DNA from: Raillietiella orientalis
Taxonomy: Eukaryota
Length of the DNA: 64,000 nucleotides
Direction: 5' to 3'
NCBI GenBank assembly: GCA_036172245.1
Contig: JAYWIR010000074.1
Location: 310,001 to 374,000, forward strand
The translations under genes and the position numbers were made by a program. The notes under the pieces are model-generated. The model made no database searches, was not told where the DNA came from, and saw only the letters and a list, made by a program, of their open reading frames with translations. The number at the start of each line of letters is the position of its first letter. Positions within the stretch are counted from its first letter, which is position 1. Below, one piece after another: positions 27,301 through 40,199 of this stretch.

Positions 27301-29603
27301 ATCAGATGAGCCTTCCGCACGTCCGTGTCCGCCAGCCAGTCGCGCTTCAGGGATTCCAGCAGCCTGGTACGGTCGCTGTATCCCTGTTTACCGCTTGGAG
27401 CGTACACATTCGTGACTATCAGTTCGATCGAGTCGGACCAGCTGAGAATCTGCTGACCGACCCGACCGTCGTCATCGAAGCGCACGCCCTTCACGGCAGC
27501 GTCGATGGCCGGCTTCACGAAGAACGCGACCCCGCAGATGTTGCGGAGGCCGCACCGCCAATACAACCGGCCCCCCGTGATCGTCTCGATCTCTTGGGCG
27601 TCTGCCGCGGTGATACCGTGGATCTCCTGCAGCAGGGCCAGGTCGAGCTCACGCAGGGTGTCGGCCGTATCTCGCCTGTTACCGTCGTCGAACAGCCCGT
27701 TTACGTTCCAAAAGGCGGCGCGAATCCGACGGCGACTGGCGAGCCCAGGTGTTACTCCTGGGAAGATGGCGATGCGGCGTCCGCCACCTGTTGGGGCGAG
27801 ACGCTAGGTGGAGGAGGACAATCAGGCGTTGCGTGCACCTGGTCCCCCTCTTCCATCGGTAACGGCGCGTCGAGCGGGTCACCCTCAGGTGGGGTCGCAC
27901 CTACCTGTTGGCCCTCCTCCATGGGGGCGGGCTGTTCAGGCTCGGCGACTGCAGGGAGGACTTCGCCCCCCTGCTGACCCTCCTCCATGGGGGTGACCGG
28001 CTTGACGGCTTCCGAGCGTGGGAGTTACCCTTCCGGGATTCCCACGCTACGGGTAGCTTCCTTCTTCTCCTCCTCGCTGGTGGAGGGGAGGCGCCTCCTG
28101 GGTTTCTGGGAATTGCGTCCCGACTTCCTGGGGGGTGCCTTCGAGGAGGAGGATGCACTTCCGTCTCCCAGGTCCGACTCACCTGTGGGGGCCTTTTTTG
28201 CGGAAGCCGGCTTTCGCACGGCCTTGCTTGAGGGGTTCCCACGCTCCGCCAGCGTGGCCGCGAGTTCCTCCGCCGCCTGAGTGAACGCGGCGTCCTCGGC
28301 TTCGACCGTCGCTATTTCGCGCGACTCACCCTCTATGTAAACAGAGGGTTCGCCGTCGCGAACCTCGGGCGTGGCGCAAACGGCGAGGAAAGGCTCGTCG
28401 CCCAGGGTGGCAATCTCGGGAAAGGCTATGCGCTCCAGTGCTACCGTACACTCCCGCATGGTCTTAGAGCGCGGCCCAGGTTTTTTCGCCTTGCCGGCTG
28501 TCTTTTTTACCGCTTTTGCGGTTTCCGCCGGGGCACCTTGTTCTCCTTCCTGGCCTTGACCAGCTGCGAGCCGTCTTGGACTCCCGAGTCTTCGAAGGGT
28601 TTTTCTTCCAATGCCTGTGTGGGAGGAACAGGGGCTAGCAGCTGCTGCCGGCCAGTATCTCTTTTTGGTCTTCCGACCAGTTTACCGCGTTTTGCCTGTG
28701 CTTTCTTTGCAGCAGGCGGCACCCGAGTGGGGCGTTTAGGGCATACGCGGCGTGAGTGGCCCTTCTCCCCGCATCAGTGGCACACATTGTTCGGGCATTG
28801 CTTGCGCAAGTGTCCTACTGCATTGCAGTAGCCACAAAAGCGGGGTTTCCCCACGTACCAGAGGTCTACGACTTCGCCATTGACCTCTAGTTTGTGGGGA
28901 AGCCCACTCTCGTTCACCGTCACGCGCGCGGCGGCCTGCCCTCCGAAAAGGCTATCGTAGCCATCGAAGATTGTGGCCTTTGGCCAAAGCGCGTGAACAT
29001 CCCCGTGCTTTCTTAACTGATCACCAACCGCAGACCGCGTCATGCGGCTGGTGATCCCTGTCAGATGGACCAGTACGGAGCGGTCCATCGTGACTGGTAG
29101 GATCTTGCGTCCGTCCACGTTCAGCGGGGTGGTAATCAAGCTCTGCGCCAAGGTGATGTCCTTGCAGACAACCTCGACGCGCTAACCCCCGCTGAGCACG
29201 GATAGACCGTCAAGGTCCTGTTCCAACACGTTGGCGTTCTGCAGCGCTTTCGAAAAAGCGCGTGCAGTTCGCCCGTCAAAGAGATTGCCTACCTGGTAAA
29301 CCAAGCTGGGCTTGTACCCAGCTGCCCGGTAGGCCGCCATCTCGGGCATGGTTTCCGCGCTTGGCGCGGCCACCATGGCGCTCCAGCTCCTCGCCTTGAG
29401 CGGCGAGGGCGATTCCGGGGCGGACGCCCCTGATTCTGTAGGGTGTGATGGTGGGCAAGCCTCCCTCACACCTACCTTCATCGTGGTGTCCTCAGGCATC
29501 GCTGCCATCGGACACCAACGATGTTCCACACCAAACAGCACAAGAAAAAACCGCTTCCTTTCGACTCACTCGGGAGCGAAGGAAAAACACGTCCAGTCGC
29601 CTA
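18380..29603 (-). mobile_element. E7: full-length degenerate RGFG-targeting element split by E8 (pieces 18380-20483 and 26041-29603)
   Basis: RT reading continues across the insert (ALAVHLHKAFD / HKAVDSVGEELL); ORF1 29508-27752; EN 27750-27000; tandem with E6 and E9. Confidence 0.88.
20484..26040 (+). mobile_element. E8: full-length (5.56 kb) KAFD-targeting element with 14-bp TSD
   Basis: TSD TCGACTGCCTTGTG (20470-20483) / TCGAACGCCTTGTG (26041-26054); ORF1 20578-22251 and ORF2 22251-25825, both disrupted; RT in ORF 23381..25369. Confidence 0.92.
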
Positions 29604-32224
29604 GGGCTTCGGCGATGTCACCCGGATACGCCGGGACGTTTATTAAAAACATTTCAACGGTCAATACAGAACGTGGTACAAGGCCCCACTGACGGCCACG
29701 GAATGCCGGAACTGCCGTGACACCGGGACGCAGCCCGGTGTGGCTCTCCTCGGCAGTGGAGGGGGATGGGGGAAAAAAGAAAAATAAAAGAAAATAGAAA
29801 AACAAACCACAAAAAAAAAAAAGTTTGGAGGGCCGGGAAGGGATCACAGAAAACTGCTGGGAGCGCCCATCTTCTGCAGGATGCCTTCTAGTTCCATTTT
29901 CAGCTTTCCTAGATGGGGCCATCGGGTACCTCTGCAGGAAGCGCGAAGCATACTCGATGACTTCTCTCACGATGCAGTCTTCATCTTCGGCATCACTCCA
30001 GGCCGCCACGATACCACGAATGCAGCAAAGTGCTGCCAGGGCTGCGGCTGGACTGAGAGCGTCCCGTACGAAGACAAGACTGAAGATACATTCAACATTG
30101 CCGCCATCCGGTATCCGGAGGGCCGTTTTTAGACGATCCCAAAGAATCTGGACGGCAGGGCATTCAACTAAGAGGTGGGGGAGCGACTCCCGCTCCCCAC
30201 ACCTGGCACACGCAGGATTTACTCTTCCCCGCGTCCAGTGGAAGCGGCGCGCGTTGCAGGGTAGACCCCAATGCAGCCAAAGAAGCGCCGATTCTTGCCA
30301 CTTCAGGGGGAGAATCCTGGATCCAAGTAGAACCGGGGGCCACTTCAGGTCATCCAATCGAATGCCGAGCAGCTCGCCCCATCTTCTTAATCCACGCGGC
30401 TGGAGACTAGGGGTCGTTGCATCTGTCAACTCTCCCATGGTCCAGCCGCTCATCATCTTCTCTCTGCCTGCGATACGGCAGCAGACTTGCCACCTTGGCT
30501 TCTGGCTTCCGTAAAGCGCCCTTTGGAGGAAGGGCATCGCCGTAAAAAGGGGTGTGCCTTCCGCCCACGTGCAACTCGGTGGAAATTGAAGAATTTCACG
30601 GAGAGTGCGGCGAGCGTATAAGCCGACTCGCAGGCAGTTCATCCGGTCTTCGCACCTTTGGTTCTGCTTAGCCCAGGTGCCAGCAGTCTCTTCCAGCCAA
30701 GCGAAGGAGTTGGCAGGGCCACAAACCATTTAGTCGTTCTCCTTTGCCAGGGTTGCCATGCGGCCGAGCATTAGACCGCATCTTCGAATCTTCCGGCCAG
30801 GGCACAGAAGAAACGATGCGAGTCCTTCGCAGCGGGACACACGCCTGGCCAGGAGGCGGGCCGGAATGCACCAAGCGGTGCTCCACATCTTCGCTGCGAT
30901 GGCGAGGGTCCCCATGGCAGCTGGATTTCCACGCGCTCCAGCGTCAGGATGCTGAGACCGCCGTCCCGACGCTGAGCGCATAAGTCCTTTAAGCGGACTC
31001 GGGCCCTCCCGTTGCCCCAAAAGCCGATACGGAGGAGGTCCTTCGTCTGCTTTTTGATCCCCTCTGTAAGGGGGCAAACCAAAAGCAGCGAACGAAGGAG
31101 AGGAGTTGCGAACCTGTTCAAAACCGCGGTCCGTTCAGGCAGGAAAAACCTGCCGCCTCGGAACGGACCGATAGCCGTCTCTACTTTTTGAAGGCAGCCG
31201 TACCAGGCGTAAGCTGGGGAGTAGTTTCCCAACGGCACACCGAGGTACTTGAAGTAACTCACCGTGAGGATCCCCAAACGGATTCAGTCCTGCTGCCCTG
31301 CCCACGCCGCACCATCTAGCATCACGGACGACTTCGCCATTTTTACCGTAAGCCCGGTTCATCGATTCAGCATGTCGAAGAACTTCTCGACCGCCGAAGC
31401 CGAAGTGGACATAGAGAGCAGCGGCAGAAAGTCGTGTGCGTACGCTGAAACGGCCGGCGTACCGGCGCATTCATGCGGCAGTTGCGCCACAGTTTCCCTG
31501 TACGCTCTCAGTACCAACTCAAAGTAGGTACTGAAGAGCAAGGGGCTCAGGCTATTTCCCTGCCGAATTCCACGACGCACCGGCACGCCGTGAACAGTAT
31601 GGTCGCTGAAAGTAACAATGATTTGCGAATCGCGCCAGCTAGAGCACAGATAAGCCAATAATGAGGCCGGGAAGCCCAAGCGTACCAAAAGCTCCAGCAG
31701 GAGATTCTGGTCGACGCTGTCGAATGCTTTACGCAAGTCGACATCGACCGCAAGTGCTCCCTCCCCCATCCGAACATCCGTCGCATGACTGACGGACTCA
31801 CCGGAATTCCCGGTGCGCATCAAGCCCCTTTCGTGTTGGAGCTCTAGCCAGGTGGAAGCGAAAATTCTTTCCTAGCCCTCCTGTTCGTCAGGTCCGCTCC
31901 GTTCGGTGCGCAAACGTTCGTGACGATCAGATCGATCGAGTCATACCAACTGAGTGTCAGCTAGCCGACACGACCGTGATCGTCGAACCGCACTCCACGG
32001 GCGGTGGCCTCCATGACGGGTCGAAGCAGGTGGGCAACACCACAACTTCTCGATGTTCCACACCGATACCACAACCGCACTTTGGAGATGCGTTCGATCT
32101 CTTGCGCTCGTACAGTGCAGACGTGTTTCCGTGTCTATCCGCGCCAACGATCGGGCAACTTTGTGCCTGCGGTTTTGCTCGCACTTGTGTGTTTTGTGCA
32201 ATCTGCCAGGTAGCATAGTGCAAC

Positions 32225-34128
32225 ATGGCCAGTACACAAAATAGTGTGGAGGAACAAGCCACTGGATGCACTTCAGCTGCACTTGAAGTGCCCGCATCCT
32301 CCGTAATGGTTTCCTCGCCCCCGGTGAGGAGTTACGCCGCCGTTACCTCCCAAAGACCAGGACCCTGCGATGCGGAGTTCCAGGCATATGTGTCATCAGG
32401 ATACATGCCTGCACTCCGTTATAAGGTCAGTGGGCCACTTAACGGGAGAATCGGTCGTGAGCTCAATGATGAGCTCGTCCGGATAGGCGTTTGCGAGGAG
32501 GAACTCCTTGCCATGATGCCTGCCGGCAGGATGGAATATACGAAGATTCGGTGCAAGAACGCAGCTCTTGTGCAGCGCCTCCTCCGTACGCCGTTGACCA
32601 TCAATGGCAAGGAGGTCCTACCTAGCGCGATGGAAGACTCTTTTGTCGTTCAATTGTGCGACATCGAACCGGAAATCTCCGACCGCGATGTCGTAAGTGT
32701 GCTGGCAAAGTTCGCCACCGTGCACGCTCTGCGGAGGAGGCCAAATCCTCTTAAGGATTTTCCCTCTGTCCACATTGGACAAGCCTCCGCGCGGATAACC
32801 GTCGCGAACAGGCGTGTTGTGCCTGAGCAGTTGCAGGTGAACGGCACGGTCGTTGACCTGTGTTTCATAGGCTAGACTCGCCCGTGCGAGCAGTGCGGCA
32901 ACGAGGGGCACCGAATTAAAGAGTGCCCCTCTCCAAGATGCCGCTATTGCAAAGATTCCGGGCACGAAATCAAAAAGTGCCCGCTACTTGCAAGAAAAAG
33001 AGCCGCAGCGGAAATTCGTCGGGTTCAAGAGACCACTGCACGAAAAGCCGCAGCGGCAAATAAAAAACGTCGTTCGCAAAAACTCGCAAAAAACCACGAG
33101 CGATCCGCGAATGAAAAGAAAGCATCCCCGACCGCAACTCCCCGAAAGGGGAAAGTCACGGCAAGGAAGCCAATTAAAAAGGGGCGCGAGGGTTTGACGC
33201 GTGCCGTGCCTTCCCTCTCTGCCGAACTCGCAGGCACCTTTCCGAGCCTGGAACAAGGGAATCTCCGTAACACCCAGGAGGGAAAGGTAGGAAAACAGGA
33301 AGATCGCAACAGTGCGAAGACTTCTTGCCCCGTTCCGTTGTCCCTTCCGAGTTCCGGACAGCCTTACTGCAGCGCAGGCCCCTCTGCAAAGGCTACGAAA
33401 GCCGTAAAAAGCAGCGTCGCGACGAGCAAAAGCACACTGCATGCAGTCGCCCCATCGCCGACTCGGCAGGAGAGGAGCAATCTCCCGACAGTCAAGAAGG
33501 TGACTCCGTTGCCGTTTTTTAAAGGCGAAGCGAAAGCAACGCCCACAGAGAACGCAGCGAAAATCCCGGAGGTTTCCGCAACTACTGCCGTGGAAGCCTC
33601 CGAAAATCGCGAAGGCGAATGGAAGGTTGTGGAGAGGAGGAAAGAAAAATCTCCAAAAAAAGCTCCGCAACCACCATCCCTGAGCTCTTCCAAAGGAAAG
33701 AGCAGTCGCGTGAATACGAAAACACGCGCGGCTTGTGACTCTTCCAAGGAAAAAGCCAGCGCCTTCAGCGCGTGCAAGTCCGCTTCTATGACCGCCGAGA
33801 AGACCATTCCGGTGCAATCGGACGGATGCAAGCGCACGTCGACCGAGCGAGCATAAGACTCCGCAAAGCAGTCCGATAACGCAGCTGAACGACGCGTAAA
33901 TCGCGCGGGAGCCAGCGCCCGCAGGGCTGAAGCCCTGAGGCGTGACACACTCGCCGCGGAACGGCGAGTGCTCACCCCGGAACCCACAGGTTCTGCACTC
34001 GGGGAGGAGCACCCGATTACGTGCAGCGCAGTAGAGGCCGTTGGAGACCGCGCCCTCCAGCCCGTCGTGCTGCTTACTGCCCGCTCGCCGGGTGAGGCGA
34101 GCACACGACCTCGCTTTCCCAGCCGTGA
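32225..34128 (+). pseudogene. E10 ORF1 (gag-like, two CCHC knuckles), disrupted
   Basis: ORF 32225..32875, then CEQCGNEGHRIKEC and CRYCKDSGHEIKKC after an in-frame stop; low-complexity tail 33194..33856. Confidence 0.8.
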
Positions 34129-37100
34129 TGAGGGCAATCGCGTCTTCTCGTCGTGTTGCCGTAATGTCTTGGAACGTCAACGGGCTCCAACACGAGGAGA
34201 AGAGGCGACTAGTGGCTGACGCTCTGCGCGCCTTCGACTTGACGCTCCTGCAGGAGATTCACAGCATCTTCGGAGAGCAGGCTGCGGAAATCGAACGGCG
34301 CGCGGGCGGAACGCTACTTTATAGGTGCGGCGTGGCACGTACGTGCGGCGTCGCTTTCCTCGTGCGAGGAACTTTGACGGGAGCGGTGCGCAGAGTTCGT
34401 TTCGACACGGATGGCCTAGTGGGACGGCTTGTACTCAAGTGGTACGACTCGATCGACCTTGTCGTAACCAACGTGTACGCGCCGAGCGGTGCTGGACGAT
34501 GGGCCGAAAGGATTGAGCTCTTCGGTACCCTTCAAAGCCAGTGGCTCACTCGATCTCACCCTACTGTGCCCCATCTCATTGCGGGGGACTTTAACGTCCA
34601 CCTGCTTTCCGAGAATAGATCCCACAAAAGGGAAAAGTTGCTAGCGGAAGAGATGTGCGCGTCCGTGCACGCGTGCAACTTGTTCGCTAGCGACCCTGTT
34701 ATAACGGCAACGCCGGACCACGTATACCTTGATGAACACTTGCTCTCTCGAGTGGGTCGGAGAGGTCCCGTGCCGTCCGTGCTTTCAGACCACAACAGGC
34801 TCGAGTTCGAGTTGCTCCCACCAGGCAAGGGTCCTCCAAACTGTTTTTGGAGGATGCCGGGAGACTGGCTAAGCCACCCGGAGGCGGCTGAGCATCTTCG
34901 CCAGTACCTCCTCGGATTTGCCATAAGTGGGCTCGAAGACTGGGACGATCTGAAAAGATCGGTCCGCGAACTCTGCTGCCGGTTTCCCTTGCACCAGCTT
35001 CCGCGCGGCTTCGGAGAGAGCGTAGCCAACAGCAGAGATTTTCTGCAGGCCCGCTCCTTTTCCAGGCGCGCGGACGTTGGTCGATTATCGGAGTACAAGG
35101 CCAAGGCGGAGCGCCAGGTCTGGCAGTCAGGGGCGACAGTTCTGCTCGACGACCAGGATAAGGAATGCTCGGCTCCAGCCGACCTGCGACGGATAGTCAG
35201 GCGCTATTACTCTTCAGTGTATGCAGAGGCACCGACGAAACGCAGCCTTTCCCGGCTGCTTCTGCCGATTGATGCACCTGTTGTAGACGAGGAGGAACGC
35301 GCGCGTCTTGATGAGCCCTTCACGGCAGAGGAAATTTTCTCGCCCATCTCGGGGCTCAAGAGACGAAAAGCGCCAGGCGAAGATGGGCTCCCCGCGAAAT
35401 TTTTTCAGTGTTTTCCGGCGGAGCTCATCCCCCTGGTGCTCCATCTCTCGTCGCAGATGCGAGTCTCGGGCGATGTCCCCGCCTCGTTTCGCTCAGCGAA
35501 GGTGCGTCTACTGCCGAAAGGCGGAGATTTGCGCCAACTGAACAACTGGCGTCCGATCACATTAGTGAATTCGGACGTCAAGTTGTTCTCGAAACTTAAA
35601 GTGGAGCGGATGGGTATGATCGCGGAATCCTTGGTAAGTCCGGAGCAGACGTACGCTGTTCCTGGGCGGTCCATGGACGCGAATCTCTTGTTCATCCGCA
35701 CATGGCTGCAATTGCAGCATCGTGTGGCGGTGGATCGTCGCTCGGAAGCGACGCCTTCGATCTCTCACCGACGGAGGCGCGGGACGCAAAGGGAGATACA
35801 GGGAGCCTTTCCGGGTCAGTCGATCTGCACAAAGCTTTCGATTGCGTGAACCAAAAGCTTCTTCTTAAGCTTTTAGAACGTCTGGGACTTCCGGCATCCC
35901 TGTTGGAGTACTTGCGCTCCTGCTGGCGCCACGCGATTACATCCATTGTTTTCAGTGGCTGTCGCGTTTACGGCGTGCCGGTACGACGAGGAATTAGGCA
36001 GGGTGACAGCTCAAGCCCCCTGTTCCTCAGCATCTATTTTGAATTGGTGCTGGAGGCTTACAGGATGACGCTAGCCAATCTGCCGAGCTCCTGTTCAGGT
36101 ACGCCTGCTGTGGCAGCCTATGCCGACGACCTGCTTCTTCTGTTGCCCATGTCCACCCCGGCGACATCGCTTGAAGACTTCTTTGAGTTGATTCGTCGCG
36201 GTGCGGGCGTGAGCGTTAACAGGAGTAAGTCTATGGTTGTTCCGGTGGGTGCGACGTGGGAGGAGCACTCCGACTGGATCGATCTGGGGATCCCCACGGG
36301 CAGGTACCTCAGGTACCTTGGCGTGCCGTCGGGCGACTTCTGCATCTCAGAAGCGTGGTCGGGCTGCCTTCGGAAGGCAGAGCGTGCACTTGGCCCGTTT
36401 TCTGGAGGCGAGTTCGTCTTGCCGGAACGGGCGTGCCCGTGGAACACCTTCGTTGCCCCGCTCCTCCGCCCCCTGTTTTTTGTTTGTCCACCCCCCCAGG
36501 AAGTCAAAGTCTGGGCGCAGCGCCTTCTACGCAAAGCGTTGTGGGGCGCTGCAAGATCCCGTGTTAGACTTAAAGACTTGGTGGCGCCGCGTCAGGATAC
36601 ATGCTTGGGCATCCTCGACTTAAACAGCATCGAACTGCAGGTGCATTTTTGCATGCTGCGGCTCTGTGCCAAGCTGTGGTGTACGCCGTGGTGCTTACCC
36701 GCACGCCTTATACTGAGGCGCTGCACGGGAAGCGAGGGACTGCTTTCGTTGCTACCCCACTTTCGGCACACCAGAATAGGGATTGCCTTCCCGCTGAGGC
36801 AGCTGTCCTCACTGCTGGAAGCCCAAAGCTGGATCTCCTGCCGCCCCATGAACATTAATACATGGCGGCAGGAATCTTTTTCATCGTGGGCAGCTTCCGA
36901 AGGAACGCGCACGGAAGATCTTCGACGCCTGCGACTTCTCCTCAGTCATCAAATGGAAGTCATGCAGGACCAGAAGTTGTCGGATCGTCTGGCCGCCACA
37001 CCACTCGCCGCAGCGCTGTCCGCCCTCATGGCAATCAACGACAATTGCCTACCGGCGGAATGGGAGTTCTCCTGCAAAATAGCGGGAATCAGTAAGCTCC

Positions 37101-37684
37101 TCGGCAGCTGGACGACAAATGAGCTGGTGCAAGCCGCCACACCTCGGAATCGGGCGAAGGGACTGCTTCGGTGGAGCGAACATTTAAGTGTGCCCCCCGG
37201 AGAGATAGTGGTTCCCCCCGTTTGTTTGGACAGCTCCGTGTTCCCCCTTAAGTGGAAGCAAGATTTACATTGTGCATTTCACTGTAATAGGCAGCGAAGC
37301 ATCGTTTCCGGGGCAGCTGCTTTGCCAAACTGTTTAAGGTGCGGAGAGATCGAGTATTTTCCGCACCTTTTTCTGGACTGCGGTGCCCTCCGGGAACTGT
37401 GGCGAAGGCTCACTTCGGCCATCATGCCACAAGGAGGCACTGCCATTGATGTGCTGCGGCGCTTCTGCAGCAGAAATGGACTTTCGGTTGGCGCGATTGT
37501 CGCAACCATGTGTTCCGTTCGCGCCATTGTGAAGGCCCGCTACGCACTGGAGTTGTCAGCGCAGCGAAGGGAGGCTCACCTGCTTGCAGCTCAATTTTTG
37601 GAGAAGGCTTCAAGGTGGTCTCAACTTCGTGACAAGGTGAATGATGACATCACCGGCATATATCGCATTTATACAGACCTTTGA
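34128..37684 (+). pseudogene. E10 ORF2 (APE-RT-zf) with one frameshift near 35800
   Basis: ORFs 34041..35849 and 35702..37684 join into a complete ORF2 with all EN and RT motifs and CLRCGEIEYFPHLFLDC. Confidence 0.9.
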
Positions 37685-39779
37685 GAACGGCGTAATCCGG
37701 TGACCCCTGCGACCTCTCGCCCACTCATACCTCGTCCCCGTTCGCTCGGTAAAATTTCCGGTGTCCATGCTTTTATCCCCGTGTGTTCCAGAGCGATCCC
37801 AAAGACCCTTATCCCGTCCTCCTTATTCATTGTTTTTATTTTATTTTGGTTTCTTTGTATTCCCCGCCCTTCCACACCGTTCACAAAACTGTTACTCTGG
37901 CCTGCGTGCCAGCAATTTTACATTCATTCTTGTTCAGTCGTCGGTTGTGAGTTTGGTTCCCAACTGGTATATTTTGTATAATTGCTTTTTCACGTTATGT
38001 TATCTGGAATAAACGTTCGGCGTGACCGGTTGAGAAATCTCCTGCTCTTGTTCTGCAGAGATCACATGGATCTCCAGCAGCAGCGCAAGGTCCAACGATC
38101 CTAGAGTGGCGGCCATTTCTCGTCTCCTGCCGGCGTCTGTCATGCCGTTCACGTTCCAAACGGCGATGCGCAGACGACGGCGAAAGGAGATTCCCGGCAT
38201 TACTGCCGGGAAGATGACGGTGTGGTGGATCCCTCCTCTTCCGAGGCGGGTGAGATGACCATTAGGGTTTCGGCCTCCTCAGGCACCTTGGGTACCTTTC
38301 CGGGTTCAACCTCCTCCATCTCCTCCGTGTCTGTGCGTGGTGGTTATTCGGGTGACGATTCCCGGGATCCTCCCACGCTGATGGCACCCTCGCAGTCGGA
38401 AGTCATCTCCACGCCTTCGCTCTGGATAGGGGCTTTCCGGGGTTTGCTGGACTTTCTTCCAGCCTTCCGGCGGGGTGCCGCGGAGATGGAAACTTGGTTT
38501 CCGGCCTGCGCTTCGGGGTCGGAAGTTACCGACTCCTCGGTGGAGGCTGGACGCCTAACTGCCTTCTTTTTAGCCTTGGAGGAGTCTGGCCTCAACGATG
38601 CAGCCAGCTTCTCCGCCGCACGCTCGAGGACGGCGTCATCGATCACGGTCTCGATGACGGACGCTTCCGCCGGTTCGCTCCCCACGCTGTTGACATTTTC
38701 AACAGTGGGTTGCTCGTCGGTAGCAGCGATTTCTTCCTTGCGGCGTTCGGCGGGAACGCGTTTTACGACGACCCTGGATTCTTTTAAATTCTCTCTAACC
38801 TGCTGTTTTTTATTTTGGTAGGCGAGCTTTTTTTCAATTCGTCGTTCTTACTTCGACTTGTTCTTTTTCGCTGTGGCTTCTTGCCATTCCGACACCTGAC
38901 TGCTTTTGTCGATCTTTTTGGCATTCGCTGCCGGGGTGTCGGCTGAGGCCTGGACCACGGGAGTGGATGGCACAGCTTGAGCCGCAGCCTTCGCCGCCAG
39001 CCTTTTCTGTAGCAGCCCCGTGCGTTTTTTTAGGTTTCTCGCGGAAACAACGCGCACAGCGGATTGTCAACACACTTCCTTTGTGTGGCCCATTGTCCTG
39101 CATACCAGGCACTGTACGTTGGGGCACCTCCTTTTGAGGTGTCCCGACGTGTTGCAGAAGCCACAGTATTTGGGCTTCCCCACGTACCAGAGGTCGACGC
39201 TTTCTCCGCCGACCACCAGTTTGTGGGCAAGGGTAGAGCCCTCCCGAACGGTTACACGGGCAGCCGTGAGGCCGCACTGAACTGTGGTATAGTCCTCGAA
39301 AGTACTAGGCTTGGTCCATACTGCATGGACCGTTCTTTCTTTTCCCAACGCGGCGCGTAACTGTTCTTTCCGCATCCGCGCGGTAACTCCTAAAAGGTGG
39401 ACCACCATACTGTGATCCGCCGTAACGGGAAGGAGCCTGCGTGTCCCCATTACCACGGGGGATTTAAGCAGACGTTGGGCCAGATCTGCATGTTTGCAGA
39501 TCACCTCTACGTACTGCCCCCCGCTACGAATGGTCATAGCGCAGAGCTTTTCTTCTTAAACATCGAGAGCGCGCATCCCCTTCGAAAAGGCGCGCGCACT
39601 CTCAGCAGAATAGAAATTTCTTACCTTGTAGAATAGTGATGGGTTATACCCCTCTTCCACATAGGCTGATAATTCCGCCGCGGCTGCAGGCGATGGCGCC
39701 GACACGACGGCGCTCCACGCCCGCGCTGCAGCGTGGACCGGTTTTGTGAAGGCGGACGCCCCACCTCCTTCGCCACTGA

Positions 39780-39900
39780 AGGCGACGTTGCCGCCGTCCC
39801 CTGGCACTCCAATATTTCTAGAGGCGACGTTGCCGCCGCCACCTGGCACTCCATTTCTTCAGGAGGCGACGTTGCAACCGCCCCCTGACACGCACTGCTG
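39780..39900 (-). repeat. 42-bp (14-aa) tandem repeat x3 in the E9 ORF1 N-terminus
   Basis: AGGCGACGTTGC recurs at 39780, 39822 and 39864. Confidence 0.8.
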
Positions 39901-40008
39901 GTCGTGTCAGGCATTGCTGCCTGATCGACCACCACCACACACGAAGCCTACACCTAGGGACGGTTCCCGGCACGAGGAGCACCGAGGAAACACTTCCGCT
40001 CTAACCGA

Positions 40009-40190
40009 CGTAAAGCTTTCGACTGCGTCGACCAGGAGCTCTTTCTGGAGCTCTTAGAACGCTTGGGATTTTCGGCCGTCTTCCTGGCCTACCTGCGCTC
40101 TTGCTGGCGCTTCGCGTACATCAATATTGATTTCAGCGGCCGGCACGTGTTCGGCGTGCCGGTTCGTCGTGGCAACCGGCAGGGTGACGG
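40009..40190 (+). mobile_element. E11: short RT remnant (KAFD to RQGD), host of the E9 5' end
   Basis: Reads RKAFDCVDQELFLELLERLGF...GVPVRRGNRQGD. Confidence 0.8.
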
Positions 40191-40199
40191 ACTCGTTGT

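Larger units (their letters stand above)
32109..38036 (+). mobile_element. E10: full-length divergent element (about 5.9 kb) inserted in the EN of E9
   Basis: Imperfect TSD ATCTCTTGCGCT (32097-32108) / ATCTCCTGCTCT (38037-38048); AATAAA 38008-38013. Confidence 0.88.
29615..40008 (-). mobile_element. E9: chimeric element (RGFG-family 3' end 29615-~30990 joined to KAFD-family RT/EN/ORF1), internally deleted near 31860-31920 and split by E10
   Basis: 3' end in an RGFG site, 5' end in a KAFD site; EN continues across E10 (LEIHVISAEQEQEI / QEIERISK); ORF1 39914-38200. Confidence 0.75.

Noticed and set aside
29615..29850. LTRs or terminal inverted repeats pairing with 63130-63361
   Set aside because: These are 3' UTRs of two related copies in opposite orientation; no integrase, protease, transposase or PBS
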